Below, piece after piece: positions 48,617 to 58,700 of a stretch of 64,000 nucleotides of DNA. Positions within the stretch are counted from its first letter, which is position 1, and each line of letters begins with the position of its first letter. The stretch covers positions 680-64,679 of the forward strand of contig SLCC01000086.1 of NCBI GenBank assembly GCA_007126035.1, written 5' to 3'. Below the pieces are notes generated by a model. The model saw only the letters and a list, made by a program, of their open reading frames with translations, searched no databases and was not told the DNA's origin. The stretch is from Gemmatimonadota bacterium (GTDB lineage: Bacteria; Gemmatimonadota; Gemmatimonadetes; Longimicrobiales; RSA9). A program made the position numbers and the translations under genes.

Positions 48617-49338
48617 CTATGCTCCATTTCCAGGTGGCGGGCTCTGCCCAGGAATGCGGACAGGCTCGCTGGATCCTTGATCCCCGGCGCCGTCTCGACG
48701 CCGGACGAAACGTCCACCATGGCGGGCCGGACCGCCGCCACGGCCTTCGCCAGGTTCTCCGCGGTCAGTCCGCCGGCCAGGGCGACCCGGTCACGAGGCC
48801 AGGGCAACCCGCGGACGGAGGCCCAGTCGAATGTCCGCCCGGTACCACCGAACCGACCCCGCAACGGGGGCGCGTCCAGGAGGAAGGCGTCCGCCGGGTA
48901 ATCGGCGAAGCGCTCCGGGCCTTCGGCGGCTCGCACATGGACCGCTCGCAGCAGGCCGGGTGCGCGGCGGCCGGGTGCGGCCGCCCGGGCCGCCTCCATG
49001 ATGGCCAGGCTCCGGACGGCAGGCTCACGGCCGGAGAGCTGGACCCAGTCCAGGTCGCAGGCCGCCACGACCTCGGCGACCAGGTCGGGGTCCGGGTCGA
49101 CGAACACGCCCACCCGGGCCACGTGCGGCGGTGCCCCGGACAGCACCTCCGCAGCCCTGGCCGGGTCGACCATGCGCGGGCTCGGCGCCAGGACCACACC
49201 CAGGGCCGCGGCCCCCAGTCGCGCGGCCAGCGCCGCGTCGGCTGGCCTGGTCAGCCCACAGATCTTGACCGCCAACCCGGCCGGCCCTTCGGGCAACGGT
49301 CGGGCCGACCTCGCGCCCTCCGGGAGCACGGGCCTCAT
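48613..49338 (-). CDS. trpF: Phosphoribosylanthranilate isomerase
   Basis: [44 protein letters not shown]; start 49338. Confidence 0.95.
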   Translation of the reverse strand: MRPVLPEGARSARPLPEGPAGLAVKICGLTRPADAALAARLGAAALGVVLAPSPRMVDPARAAEVLSGAPPHVARVGVFVDPDPDLVAEVVAACDLDWVQLSGREPAVRSLAIMEAARAAAPGRRAPGLLRAVHVRAAEGPERFADYPADAFLLDAPPLRGRFGGTGRTFDWASVRGLPWPRDRVALAGGLTAENLAKAVAAVRPAMVDVSSGVETAPGIKDPASLSAFLGRARHLEMEHS

Positions 49339-50156
49339 GGCGTTCCCCGCCGGAGCACCCCGGCGAGCTGACGCAGCCGGACCGGCCGCACCGCCCGGGG
49401 CGCCAGGAGCAGCGCCTCTCCCACCAGCACGGCGTGGGCGCCGGCGTCCCGGACCCGGCGCACGTCGTCCGCCGACCGGATTCCGCTCTCGCTGACCACT
49501 ACCGCGTGGGCAGGCGCCAGGGGGGCCAGGCGCTCCGTGACGGCGATGTCCGTGGTGAGGCGACGCAGGTCCCGGTTGTTGATACCGACCATCGTCGCGC
49601 CCGCCGCGGCCGCCCGTTCCAGCTCCTGCTCTGTGTGGACTTCCACGAGGCATTCCAGCCCGGCGACCCTGGCGGCGGCCAGCAGCGACGACAGCTCTCC
49701 AGCGTCCAGCATCGCCACGATCAGCAGAGCCGCCGCCGCGCCCGCCAGCCGGGCCTCGAAGAGCTGTCCCGCGTCGACGATGAAGTCCTTGCGCAGTACG
49801 GGCACCTCCGGCTCGCCTGCCGCCACCGCTTCCAGGTCGGAAAGGGCGCCGCCGAAGTCGTCGCCGTCGGTGAGCACCGAGAGGGCGACGGCGCCGGCGG
49901 ACCGGTACCCTGCCGCCACCGCCGTCGCCTCCTCGCCCGGGGCCAACAGCCCGGCGCTGGGGCTCCGGCGCTTGTACTCCGCCATCACGGCTATCCGGTC
50001 GCCGCCGGAGAGGGCCGCCGCCAGCGATGGCGCAACGGGCAACTCCCGGCACCGCTCCAGCAGGAGCTGGTCGGTGCCATTGTCGCGTGCCTGGCGACGA
50101 CGACGGACGGCGTCGGCCTTGCGAGCCAGGAAGCCGCCGGGCGTTGCCGTCCTCAT
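49335..50156 (-). CDS. trpC: Indole-3-glycerol phosphate synthase
   Basis: AEYKRRSPSAG, SVLTD, LRKDFI, LVEVH, GINNRDL, SESGI. Confidence 0.96.
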   Translation of the reverse strand: MRTATPGGFLARKADAVRRRRQARDNGTDQLLLERCRELPVAPSLAAALSGGDRIAVMAEYKRRSPSAGLLAPGEEATAVAAGYRSAGAVALSVLTDGDDFGGALSDLEAVAAGEPEVPVLRKDFIVDAGQLFEARLAGAAAALLIVAMLDAGELSSLLAAARVAGLECLVEVHTEQELERAAAAGATMVGINNRDLRRLTTDIAVTERLAPLAPAHAVVVSESGIRSADDVRRVRDAGAHAVLVGEALLLAPRAVRPVRLRQLAGVLRRGTP

Positions 50157-51283
50157 CGGCCCCACCCCGCGGGCATGGCGGGCACGGCTGCCTCGACCTT
50201 CCGGACGGGGCGCCCAGCTCCGACGGTGCGGGAGAAGTCGACCAGCGCCTGGAGGCTTGCCAGGGCGCGGCCAGAGCGGATGCTGGCGCGAGCCGCGTCC
50301 ATGCCGTCTCGCAGGTCCGCCGCCCGCCCGGCCACCACCAGCGCCGCCGCGGCGTTGAGGACCACCACGTCACGGCCGGCCTCCAGGTCGAAGCCGGCGG
50401 GCAGCCCGGCGTCGTGCCCGGCCCCGGCGTCGCCCAGGATGGCCCGGGCGATGGCCGCGTTATCCGCCGCGCTGCCGCCCCGCATGCCCGCCGCGCGGCG
50501 GGCGGGGAGACCGAGCTCATCGAGTCGCACCGTGCGCTCCCGGAGGGCGGAGCCGTCCCACTCCGCGACCAGAGACGGCCCCGTCACCGCCAGCTCGTCG
50601 AGCCCGCCGTCCCCGTGTACGACCATGGCCCGGCGTGCTCCCAGACGGGCCAGCGCCTCGGCCACCGGGCGGACCAGCTCGGCATCGAACACGCCCACCA
50701 CCTGGGCGCCGGAGCCGGCGGGGTTGCAGAGGGGTCCGAGCAGGTTGAACACGGTCCGGACCGCCAGCTCCCGGCGAACCGGTGAGGCGTGGCGCATGGC
50801 GGAGTGGTAGACGGGGGCGAAGAGGAAGGTGATACCTGCCGCTTCCAGCGCCCGGCTCGCTTCGTGACCGTTCATGGTCACGTCCACGCCCAGCGCCTCG
50901 AGCACGTCCGCCGAGCCGGTGGCGCTGGAGACGGCACGGTTGCCATGCTTCGCCACCTCGACCCCAGCCCCGGCCACCACGAAGGCGGCGGTCGTCGAGA
51001 TGTTGAACGTGCCCGTCCCGTCGCCGCCGGTGCCGCAGGTGTCAACCAGCTCCGGTCGGGCGCCGGGGAAGGGCGCGGAGCGGGCCCGGATGGCACGGGC
51101 GCAGCCGACGATCTCGTCCACCGTCTCTCCCTTCGAGCGGAGGCCCATGAGGAACGCCGCCACCAGCATGGGAGACAGCCCGCCCTCCATGACGGCGGAC
51201 ATGGAATCCATCGCCTGTTCTTCGTCCAGGTCCTGGCCCCGGGCCAGGCGGCGGAGCGCCTCGCGGATCGGGTGCTCGCTCAT
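50153..51283 (-). CDS. trpD: Anthranilate phosphoribosyltransferase
   Basis: DTCGTGGDG..FNIST, KHGNRAVSS..GSADVLE, RTVFNLLGPL. Confidence 0.97.
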   Translation of the reverse strand: MSEHPIREALRRLARGQDLDEEQAMDSMSAVMEGGLSPMLVAAFLMGLRSKGETVDEIVGCARAIRARSAPFPGARPELVDTCGTGGDGTGTFNISTTAAFVVAGAGVEVAKHGNRAVSSATGSADVLEALGVDVTMNGHEASRALEAAGITFLFAPVYHSAMRHASPVRRELAVRTVFNLLGPLCNPAGSGAQVVGVFDAELVRPVAEALARLGARRAMVVHGDGGLDELAVTGPSLVAEWDGSALRERTVRLDELGLPARRAAGMRGGSAADNAAIARAILGDAGAGHDAGLPAGFDLEAGRDVVVLNAAAALVVAGRAADLRDGMDAARASIRSGRALASLQALVDFSRTVGAGRPVRKVEAAVPAMPAGWGR

Positions 51284-51873
51284 GGGGACCTCCTCTGGTT
51301 CAGGAAATTGGAGAGTATCTGTTCGCCGGCGGCCGTCATTATCGACTCGGGGTGGAACTGGACTCCCTCGGCGGGCAACGCCTCGTGGCGCAGTCCCATC
51401 ACCACGCCAGCATCGTCCCGGGCGCTGACCTCCAACTCCGGGGGCAGCGACGACTCGACCACCGCCAGGGAGTAGTAGCAGCCGGCGTCGAAGGGGACCG
51501 GTACGTCGACGAAGACGCCGCGGCCGTCGTGGCTGATACTGGCAGGCCTGCCGTGCACCGGCTCGGGCGCCGGTGTCACGGCGGCGCCGAAGACCCGGCC
51601 CAGGAGCTGGTGGCCCAGGCAGACGCCCAGGACCGGGCAGAGGACAGAGCCGCCGTCCAGGCCCAGGGCCCGACGCACCACTGCCGCCGCGTTCCCGGCG
51701 CGGTCCGGGTGGGAGGGGCCCGGTGAGATGATCAGTCCCGCAGGCCCGATCGCCTCGAGGCGGGCCGGATCCAGCGCGTCGTTGCGGACCACGTCCACCT
51801 CGGCACCGAGGCAGCCCAGGATCTGGACCAGGTTGAACGTGAAGGAGTCGTAGTTGTCCAGGACCAGGATCAT
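51280..51873 (-). CDS. trpG: Anthranilate synthase component II
   Basis: DNYDSFTFNL, ISPGP, GVCLGHQ, QFHPES. Confidence 0.95.
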   Translation of the reverse strand: MILVLDNYDSFTFNLVQILGCLGAEVDVVRNDALDPARLEAIGPAGLIISPGPSHPDRAGNAAAVVRRALGLDGGSVLCPVLGVCLGHQLLGRVFGAAVTPAPEPVHGRPASISHDGRGVFVDVPVPFDAGCYYSLAVVESSLPPELEVSARDDAGVVMGLRHEALPAEGVQFHPESIMTAAGEQILSNFLNQRRSP

Positions 51874-53561
51874 GGCTGAAGCCCTCCAGTCTGCTCCAGG
51901 GCCTCGATAAGGGCTCGCGCCTTCTCCGCCGTCTCCGCCAGCTCCCGCCGCGGGATCGAGTCGGCTACCACGCCGGCGCCCGCCTGGACCGTGGCCCGGC
52001 CCCGCCGGATGACGATCGTGCGGATCGTGATGCACGCGTCCAGGGAGGTGGCGCCCGGAGCGATATGCGCCACGGCACCGGCGTAGGCGCCACGCCGCGT
52101 CGTTTCCAGCTCCTCGATCAGCTCCATGGCCCGGACCTTCGGTGCCCCCGATACGGTGCCTGCGGGAAAGCAGGCGGCAAAGGCGTCCAGCGCGTCCACG
52201 CCTTCCCGGAGCCGACCCGTCACCACCGAGACCAGGTGCATCACATGGCTGAAGCGGTCCACCTCCATGAGCCGGGGCACGTGGACCGACCCCGCTCGGC
52301 AGACACGGCCCAGGTCGTTCCGCCCCAGGTCAACCAGCATCACATGCTCAGACAGCTCCTTCGGGTCCGCCCGCAGCTCCGACTCGAGCCGCGCGTCCTC
52401 CTCCGGGTCGGCACCACGGCGACGGGTGCCCGCTATGGGCGATACCTGCGCGGCCCCGTCCTCCACCCGGACCAGCATCTCGGGCGACGCGCCGGCGAGG
52501 GTGACCTCGGGGAACTCCAGGAAGAACATGTACGGCGCCGGCGACACCCGCCGGAGCGCACGGTACAGGTCGAACGGGTCACCCTCGAAACCCGTCTCCA
52601 GGCGTCGGGACAGCACCACCTGGATCGCCTCGCCCGCCCTGATCAGCCGCACCGCCTCCGCCACGGACGAGAGGAAGGTGCCGTCGTCCGGGTGCCAGCG
52701 GGCAGCGGAGCCGCCGGGGCCGGCGGTGGCGACGCCCCGTGTGGAAAGGTGGCCCGTGTCGTCACCGCCGGCGTCAGGGCCGCTCAGGGCCGCTCCGACG
52801 CCGTGCCGATGGGGCCGCGGCTGGAACGTGGGGGCGCGACCCCGCCGCAGGGCGTCCAAGACCCCGTCGATCCTGCCCCGAGCCCGGCGGAGCCGTTCCG
52901 CCCTCGCCGCGTGGTCCCGGGAAGGTGGCAGCAGGGAGATCGCCAGCATTTGCTGCCGCGCGTGGTCGAACGCCAGCACGGTATGGAAGCGGGCGAACAG
53001 AGCGGCCGGGAAGCCTGTCTCGTCCGCCAGCTCCACCGGCAGCCGCTCCAGGGTCCGCGACAGGTCGTAGCCGAAGGCGCCCACCAGCCCGCCGACAAAG
53101 CCCGGCAGGTCGGCCCCACCCACGCCCCAGGTCTCCGTCGGCGACGAGCCCGCCACCGGTCCGCCGCCGGTCCAGACGGCTGTCTGCCCGGCCAGCCGGC
53201 GCACAGCGTCCAGCGGGGCCCCGCGGTAGGCCGCCACCTCCGAGTCGCCCGTCACCGTCCCCCGGTCCAGGTCCGCCCGGAGCACCCTGTCCGGTGCGGC
53301 ACCGATGAAGGAGTAACGGCCCAATCTGCCGTCGTGCTCGCCACTCTCCAGCAGGAAACCGGTGCCGCCACGGCGGAGCTTCAGGAATGCCGAGACCGGT
53401 GTCTCGGTGTCCGATGGCAGCGATACCCAGACCGGGACCACCGCGTCGAGTGGCGCTGACAGCACCTGCTCACGCAGTGACTCGTCCACCGCGCTCCCGG
53501 TGGCCCCTGGGCCGGGCGGCGCGTGCTGACCGCCGGTCGCCGTGTGTGTTGCCGATCGCAT
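51870..53561 (-). CDS. trpE: Anthranilate synthase component I
   Basis: DTETPVS, FLLES, ASPE, PIAGTR, EHVMLVDLGRND, FPAGTVSGAPKVRAM. Confidence 0.96.
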   Translation of the reverse strand: MRSATHTATGGQHAPPGPGATGSAVDESLREQVLSAPLDAVVPVWVSLPSDTETPVSAFLKLRRGGTGFLLESGEHDGRLGRYSFIGAAPDRVLRADLDRGTVTGDSEVAAYRGAPLDAVRRLAGQTAVWTGGGPVAGSSPTETWGVGGADLPGFVGGLVGAFGYDLSRTLERLPVELADETGFPAALFARFHTVLAFDHARQQMLAISLLPPSRDHAARAERLRRARGRIDGVLDALRRGRAPTFQPRPHRHGVGAALSGPDAGGDDTGHLSTRGVATAGPGGSAARWHPDDGTFLSSVAEAVRLIRAGEAIQVVLSRRLETGFEGDPFDLYRALRRVSPAPYMFFLEFPEVTLAGASPEMLVRVEDGAAQVSPIAGTRRRGADPEEDARLESELRADPKELSEHVMLVDLGRNDLGRVCRAGSVHVPRLMEVDRFSHVMHLVSVVTGRLREGVDALDAFAACFPAGTVSGAPKVRAMELIEELETTRRGAYAGAVAHIAPGATSLDACITIRTIVIRRGRATVQAGAGVVADSIPRRELAETAEKARALIEALEQTGGLQP

Positions 53562-53603
53562 CCCGCTCTCCCCTCCGCCCACAACGGGCGGGTAGACAGG
53601 TAC

Positions 53604-53651
53604 AAAAAGAGGCGGGCGCGCCCCTCTGCTTCGAGAGGAGCGCGCCCGCCT
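53604..53651 (-). terminator. Intrinsic terminator of the trp attenuator
   Basis: mRNA AGGCGGGCGCGCUCCUCU-CGAAGC-AGAGGGGCGCGCCCGCCU-CUUUUU: 18-bp stem (one G.U) plus U-tract between leader ORF and trpE. Confidence 0.9.
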
Positions 53652-53680
53652 GGGGTCGACGCCGGTACTACCTGTTCAGA

Positions 53681-53773
53681 TCACGAACTCCCGGCGCTCA
53701 CGCACTCCTCCCCCGACGGCCACCACCACCAGCCGCTGCCGATCATTACGGGAAACAGAGTGCGCTCGATCAT
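53681..53773 (-). CDS. trpL: trp operon leader peptide (30 aa, WWWW)
   Basis: MIERTLFPVMIGSGWWWWPSGEECVSAGSS*; TGGx4 at 53731-53720; lies directly before the terminator; alternative ATG at 53746. Confidence 0.85.
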   Translation of the reverse strand: MIERTLFPVMIGSGWWWWPSGEECVSAGSS

Positions 53774-53782
53774 TGTCGTGAA

Positions 53783-53812
53783 GGGATAGCGGAAGGACGA
53801 GCGGGCTGTCAA
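53783..53812 (-). promoter_or_regulatory. Putative sigma70 promoter of trp operon
   Basis: TTGACA-N18-TATCCC, 9 nt before the trpL ATG. Confidence 0.6.
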
Positions 53813-53851
53813 CCCCGCTGCCGGATGCGCGTCCGAGGGGGGCGCCGGGCG

Positions 53852-53880
53852 TTGCCCTTTCCTGTGTCGGGTCATACGAT
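53852..53880 (+). promoter_or_regulatory. Putative sigma70 promoter of yggS operon
   Basis: TTGCCC-N17-TACGAT, 8 nt before ATG 53889. Confidence 0.6.
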
Positions 53881-53888
53881 ACGCTCCC

Positions 53889-54590
53889 ATGTGGGAAGCG
53901 CAGATACGGCATGCGCTCGCGGAAGTGGGCGAGCGGATCGATAGAGCTCTGGTAAGAGCTGGGCGGGCGGAGGGCGTTCAGGTCATCGGGATCACCAAGG
54001 GCCACCCCACCGAGGTGGTCCAGGCCGCCTTGCAGGTCGGCCTCCGTGCCCTGGGCGAGAACCGGGTCCAGGAGCTGGAGCAGAAGGTGGCCGAGGTGGG
54101 GCGCGACGCCGCTGAATGGCACATGGTCGGCCATCTCCAGCGCAACAAGGCCCGCTCCGCTACAGCAACCTCCGACTGGATCCATTCGTTGGATTCACTC
54201 AGGCTGGGCAGGACCCTGGATCGGGAGGCGTCTCGGGCGGGGCAGCCGATCCGCGCGCTCCTCCAGGTGAACACATCCGGTGAAGCGAGCAAGGGCGGGT
54301 TCGAGCCGGAGACGGCAGTTCAGGCTCTGGCAGAGCTCAGCGAGCTGGGCTCCCTGGAGATCCATGGCCTCATGACGATGGCGCCGTGGACCGACGACGA
54401 GGCGGTCCTGCGGACCACGTTCCGCAGGACCCGCGAGCTGCTGGAGCGGTGCGAGCAGGAGCTGCCCGGCGCACTGCGCGGGCGCGAGCTCTCCATGGGG
54501 ATGAGCAATGACTTCGAGATCGCCGTCGAGGAAGGCGCGACAATGGTCCGCCTGGGGACGGTTCTTTTCGGTGAAAGGGAGCAGCGATGA
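53889..54590 (+). CDS. yggS: YggS family PLP-binding protein
   Basis: GITKG, LGENRVQE, WHMVGHLQRNK, SKGG, GLMTM, LSMGMSNDF..VRLGT. Confidence 0.95.
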   Translation: MWEAQIRHALAEVGERIDRALVRAGRAEGVQVIGITKGHPTEVVQAALQVGLRALGENRVQELEQKVAEVGRDAAEWHMVGHLQRNKARSATATSDWIHSLDSLRLGRTLDREASRAGQPIRALLQVNTSGEASKGGFEPETAVQALAELSELGSLEIHGLMTMAPWTDDEAVLRTTFRRTRELLERCEQELPGALRGRELSMGMSNDFEIAVEEGATMVRLGTVLFGEREQR

Positions 54591-55729
54591 TCGATCTGAC
54601 ACCACTTGAGGTCCGGCAGAAGAAGGGCGACTTCCGGCGAACGCTGAGAGGTTATGATCCCGAGTTGGTCAACGATTTCCTGGACCTGGTCGCGGATCGC
54701 ATGGAGGAGCTGGTCAAGGAGAACCTGGGCCTTCGAGACTCCATGGAATCGGTCAGGGAGGAGCTCTCCGATTACCGCCGCAAGGAGCAGGCGCTGTCGG
54801 AAGCGCTCATGTCCGCCCAGAAGCTCCGCGAGGATGCGCGCCACCAGGCGGAGCGGGAGCGGGACCTGATGTTGAGGGAGGCCCGGCTTGCCGCGGAAAC
54901 GTTGCGCCAGGAGGCGTCGCGTCAGCTCGTTCGGGAAGAAGAAGCCCTGCGGCAGATGAAGGCCCGTCGGCTCCAACTCGTGGACAGCTTCCGACGCCTC
55001 CTCGAGCGGGAGATCGATGAGCTCGACGTGATCCAGGAGACGCTCGACCTGGAGGGGCCGGCGTCACCGCCGCGGGTGCCCGAGCAGCAGGAAGGCTCCC
55101 AATCGGCGGCGCAACTTTCCGCCCTGGCGCCGGAAGACCAACCTCCGCCTGTTCAGGAGGAGGCTCAGGAGGAGGCTCAGGAGGAGGCTCGGGAGGAGGC
55201 TCGGGAGGAGGCCGTCCCGGTCACACATGATGAGCCTGAGCCATGGGACGAGCAGACGTCCGTGCCGGAGGCGCGACCGACCCTGACCGCGGCCGAGGAA
55301 GGTTGGCCGACGCCGGCACCCGGGCCCGAGGATGCGCCACCGACCCCGGCACCCGAGCCCGAGGATGCGCCACCGACGCCGGCACCCGGGCCCGAGGAAG
55401 GGCGGTCGACCCCGGCACCCGGGCCCGAGGATGCGCCACCGACCCCGGCACCCGGGCCCGAGGATGCGCCGACGGTTGTGCCCCATGAGAAACCGGTGTG
55501 GGAGCCAGCGCCGGCACCGGAGGAGGCGGCGTCCGAGGAGTCATCGTCTTCCGGGAGGCCGCGGCCGTTCGAGGATGCATCGGACTTCGATGATTCGTTG
55601 CGGATAGTGCCCGAGGAGCTGGGCCCCCTCGACCTGCCGAACGAGAGAGGGGCCAAGGACGGGACGGACCGGAAGGACCGGTCAGAGGATGATCAGGACG
55701 ACTGGTTGTCGACGCTCATGAAGGAATAG
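54587..55729 (+). CDS. DivIVA domain protein with long acidic Pro-rich tail
   Basis: LTPLEVRQK..FRRTLRGYDPELVNDFLD followed by coiled coil; yggS-divIVA-ileS synteny. Confidence 0.9.
   Translation: MIDLTPLEVRQKKGDFRRTLRGYDPELVNDFLDLVADRMEELVKENLGLRDSMESVREELSDYRRKEQALSEALMSAQKLREDARHQAERERDLMLREARLAAETLRQEASRQLVREEEALRQMKARRLQLVDSFRRLLEREIDELDVIQETLDLEGPASPPRVPEQQEGSQSAAQLSALAPEDQPPPVQEEAQEEAQEEAREEAREEAVPVTHDEPEPWDEQTSVPEARPTLTAAEEGWPTPAPGPEDAPPTPAPEPEDAPPTPAPGPEEGRSTPAPGPEDAPPTPAPGPEDAPTVVPHEKPVWEPAPAPEEAASEESSSSGRPRPFEDASDFDDSLRIVPEELGPLDLPNERGAKDGTDRKDRSEDDQDDWLSTLMKE
55154..55213. repeat. 12-bp tandem repeat CRGGAGGAGGCY x5, encoding (Q/R)EEA
   Basis: Seen directly. Confidence 0.9.
55307..55471. 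repeat. 33-bp tandem repeat x5 encoding PTPAPGPEDAP-like units
   Basis: Near-identical units starting at 55307, 55340, 55373, 55406, 55439; no spacers. Confidence 0.9.
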
Positions 55730-55791
55730 GAGGACCATCCGCTGGCATGGACCCGGGGACCTGAGTCCGGGTACAGGCTGCCGGATTCTGT

Positions 55792-58700
55792 GTGACGATG
55801 ACACGACGCGAGATGAGATACCCGGAATACCCGGCAACGCATACGGCGCTGGAGGAGGAGATCCTCCAGCGTTGGCGTGATGAGGACCTGTTCGCCCGAA
55901 CGCTGGAAGCGACGGCGGATGGGCAGCCGTTCGTCTTCTACGAGGGTCCGCCCACGGCCAACGGCCGGCCGGGCATCCATCACGTGTTCAGCCGGGCGTT
56001 GAAGGACCTGGTCTGTAGGTACCAGACCATGAAGGGCCGGTACGTACCACGGAAGGCGGGCTGGGACACCCACGGCTTGCCGGTGGAGATCGAGGCGGAG
56101 AAGAAGCTGGGCATCAGCGGGAAGCGGGAGATCGAGGAGCTGGGTGTGGCCCGGTTCAACCAGGTCTGCCGGGAGAGCGTCTTCACCTACAAGGAAGAGT
56201 GGGAGCGGCTTTCCGAGCGAATCGGCTACTGGCTCGATTACTCCGATCCCTACGTGACCTTCCATCGCGAATATGTCGAGAGCGTGTGGTGGCTGCTCAG
56301 TCAGCTGGCCGACCGTGACCTGATCTACCGCGGGTATCGGAGCGTTCCGTACTGCCCCCGCTGCGGGACGGGCCTCAGCTCCCACGAGGTGGCGCAGGGC
56401 TACCGGGACGTGGAGGACCCGTCGATCCACTTCATCTGCCCGCTCCTCGATGAGGACGGCCGGGCCACTGATCGGGCGATCCTGGCCTGGACCACCACGC
56501 CCTGGACCGTTCCATCCAACGTGGCGCTGGCCATCCATCCGGGGTTGACGTACGCGGAGGTCGAGCACGAGGGTAGAGGGCTGATCGTGGCGGAGGACCT
56601 GGTCAGCACCCTGTTCGGCGATGAGGCCGTCGTGCGCCGGCGCTACCGGGCGTCGGAGCTGTTGGGGCTGCGCTATCAGCCCGCGCTGGACCTGGTGCCG
56701 GTGACCGAGCAGGACGCGGCGGCCGCCTGGCGGGTGGTACCGGCGGAGTTCGTGAGCGCGGCGGAGGGGACGGGCATCGTCCACATCGCCCCCGCCTTTG
56801 GCGCCGACGACTACGCAGCCGGTCAGGAGCACGGCCTGCCCATGCTCCGGCCGGTGGACGACGCCGGCCGGTTCCGGCAGGACGTGGCGCTGGTCGGTGG
56901 CGTGTTCGTGAAGGATGCGGACCCGTTGCTCCTGGACGAGCTGTCAGCGCGGGGCCTGCTCTTCCGGAGCGGCACGGCCCACCACGCCTATCCCCACTGC
57001 TGGCGGTGCGAGAGTCCTCTCATCTACATGGCCCGGGACTCCTGGTACATTCGGACCACCGCGGTCCGGGAGCGGATGTTGGAGAACAACCGGCAGGTGG
57101 GCTGGAACCCGCCGGAGATCGGCGTAGGACGGTTCGGCGAGTGGCTCGAGGGCAACGTGGACTGGGCTTTGTCCCGGGACCGCTACTGGGGCACGCCGCT
57201 GCCCATCTGGGTCTGCGACTCGGACGGCGAGCACCGGGAAGTGGTCGGCTCGTTGGCCGAGCTGGACGAGCGGGTTGGCGGGCTCGACCCCGAGCTGGAC
57301 CCGCACAAGCCCTACATCGACGACCTGTCCTGGCCATGCCGTCAGTGCCCTGGCACGATGCGGCGGACGCCCGAGGTCATCGACGCCTGGTTCGATTCCG
57401 GGGCCATGCCCTTCGCCCAGTGGCATTACCCGTTCGAGAACGAGGACGTCTGGGCCAGCCAGTTCCCGGCCGACTTCATCGCCGAGGGGCTGGACCAGAC
57501 GCGGGGCTGGTTCTACTCGCTCATGGCCATCGCCACCATGCTCGGCCACGGGCCAGTCTACCGGAACGTGCTCGTGAACGGGCTGCTCCTGGACAAGGAC
57601 GGCCAGAAGATGTCCAAGTCCAAGGGCAACGTGGTTGACCCGTGGCAGGCCATCGCCCGGTTCGGGGCCGACGGGGTGCGCTGGTACCTGGTGACCGTGA
57701 GTCAGCCGTGGGCCGGGAAGCGCTGGGATGAGGACGCCCTGGAGGAGTCGGTGCGTCGGGCCTTCGACACGCTGGCCAATACCTACCGCTTCTTCTCCCT
57801 CTACGCCAACCTCGAGGGCTGGCGCGACGATGGTGAGGAGATCGCCAGCGAGACGCCCATCATGGACCGATGGCTCCGGTCACGCCTGAACGGTCTGGTC
57901 CAGAAGGTGGGCGACGCCTTCGACGACTACGAGCTGACACCGGGTGCCCGGGCCGTCGGCAGCTTCATCCTGGATGACCTGTCGAACTGGTACGTACGTC
58001 GGGGAAGGGACCGGTTCTGGGGTTCCGCCGACGCGGCGGACACCCGTCACGCGTTCCGCACCCTGTCCGACGCTCTGGCCACCGTCAGCCGGCTGCTGGC
58101 ACCCGTGACACCTTTCACGGCCGACTGGCTGCACCGTGCCCTGACCGGCGAGTCGGTGCACCTGAAGACCTTCCCCGTGGCCGACCAGGCGCTGAGGGAC
58201 GGGACCCTCGAGCGGGAGATGGATGCGGTACGGGTCATGTCCAGCCTCGGACGAGCGGCGCGGGAGACGGTGCGGATCAGGGTGCGCCAGCCCCTGGGCG
58301 TCCTCTTCGCCGTTGTGCCGGCTGGTGTCGAGCTGTCACCGGGGGCGCTGGACATCCTGAAGGACGAGCTGAACGTGAAGGAGGTCCGGTTCCTGGGCGC
58401 CGCCGAAGAGCTGGTCCGGCTCGAGGCGAAGCCCAATTTCCGGGCCCTGGGTCAGCGGTTCGGCAGCAGGACGCAGGCGGCGGCGGCGGGCATCCGGGCC
58501 CTGTCGGGCGACGCCCTGTCCGACTTCATCAGGGGTGAGGAGGTGGTGGTCGACGTGGGTGGCGAGCCCCATCGCCTCCAGCCGGATGACCTGGAGGTGA
58601 CGCAGGTGGCCCGGGGCGACCTGGTGGTGGAGAGCGGTGACGGCTTCACGCTGGCCCTGGACCCCACCATCGACGAGCCACTCCGACTCGAGGGCATGGC

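Noticed and set aside
45502-53561. trp operon as a recently acquired island or containing pseudogenes
   Set aside because: All frames intact with catalytic motifs and tight overlaps; no integrase, tRNA or flanking repeats; any GC difference was not measured
55307-55471. 33-bp repeats as a possible CRISPR array
   Set aside because: Head-to-tail with no spacers, in frame within divIVA, and no cas genes
55730-55800. T-box riboswitch upstream of ileS (or trpS)
   Set aside because: Intergenic space too short and no T-box GGTGGNACC motif or terminator
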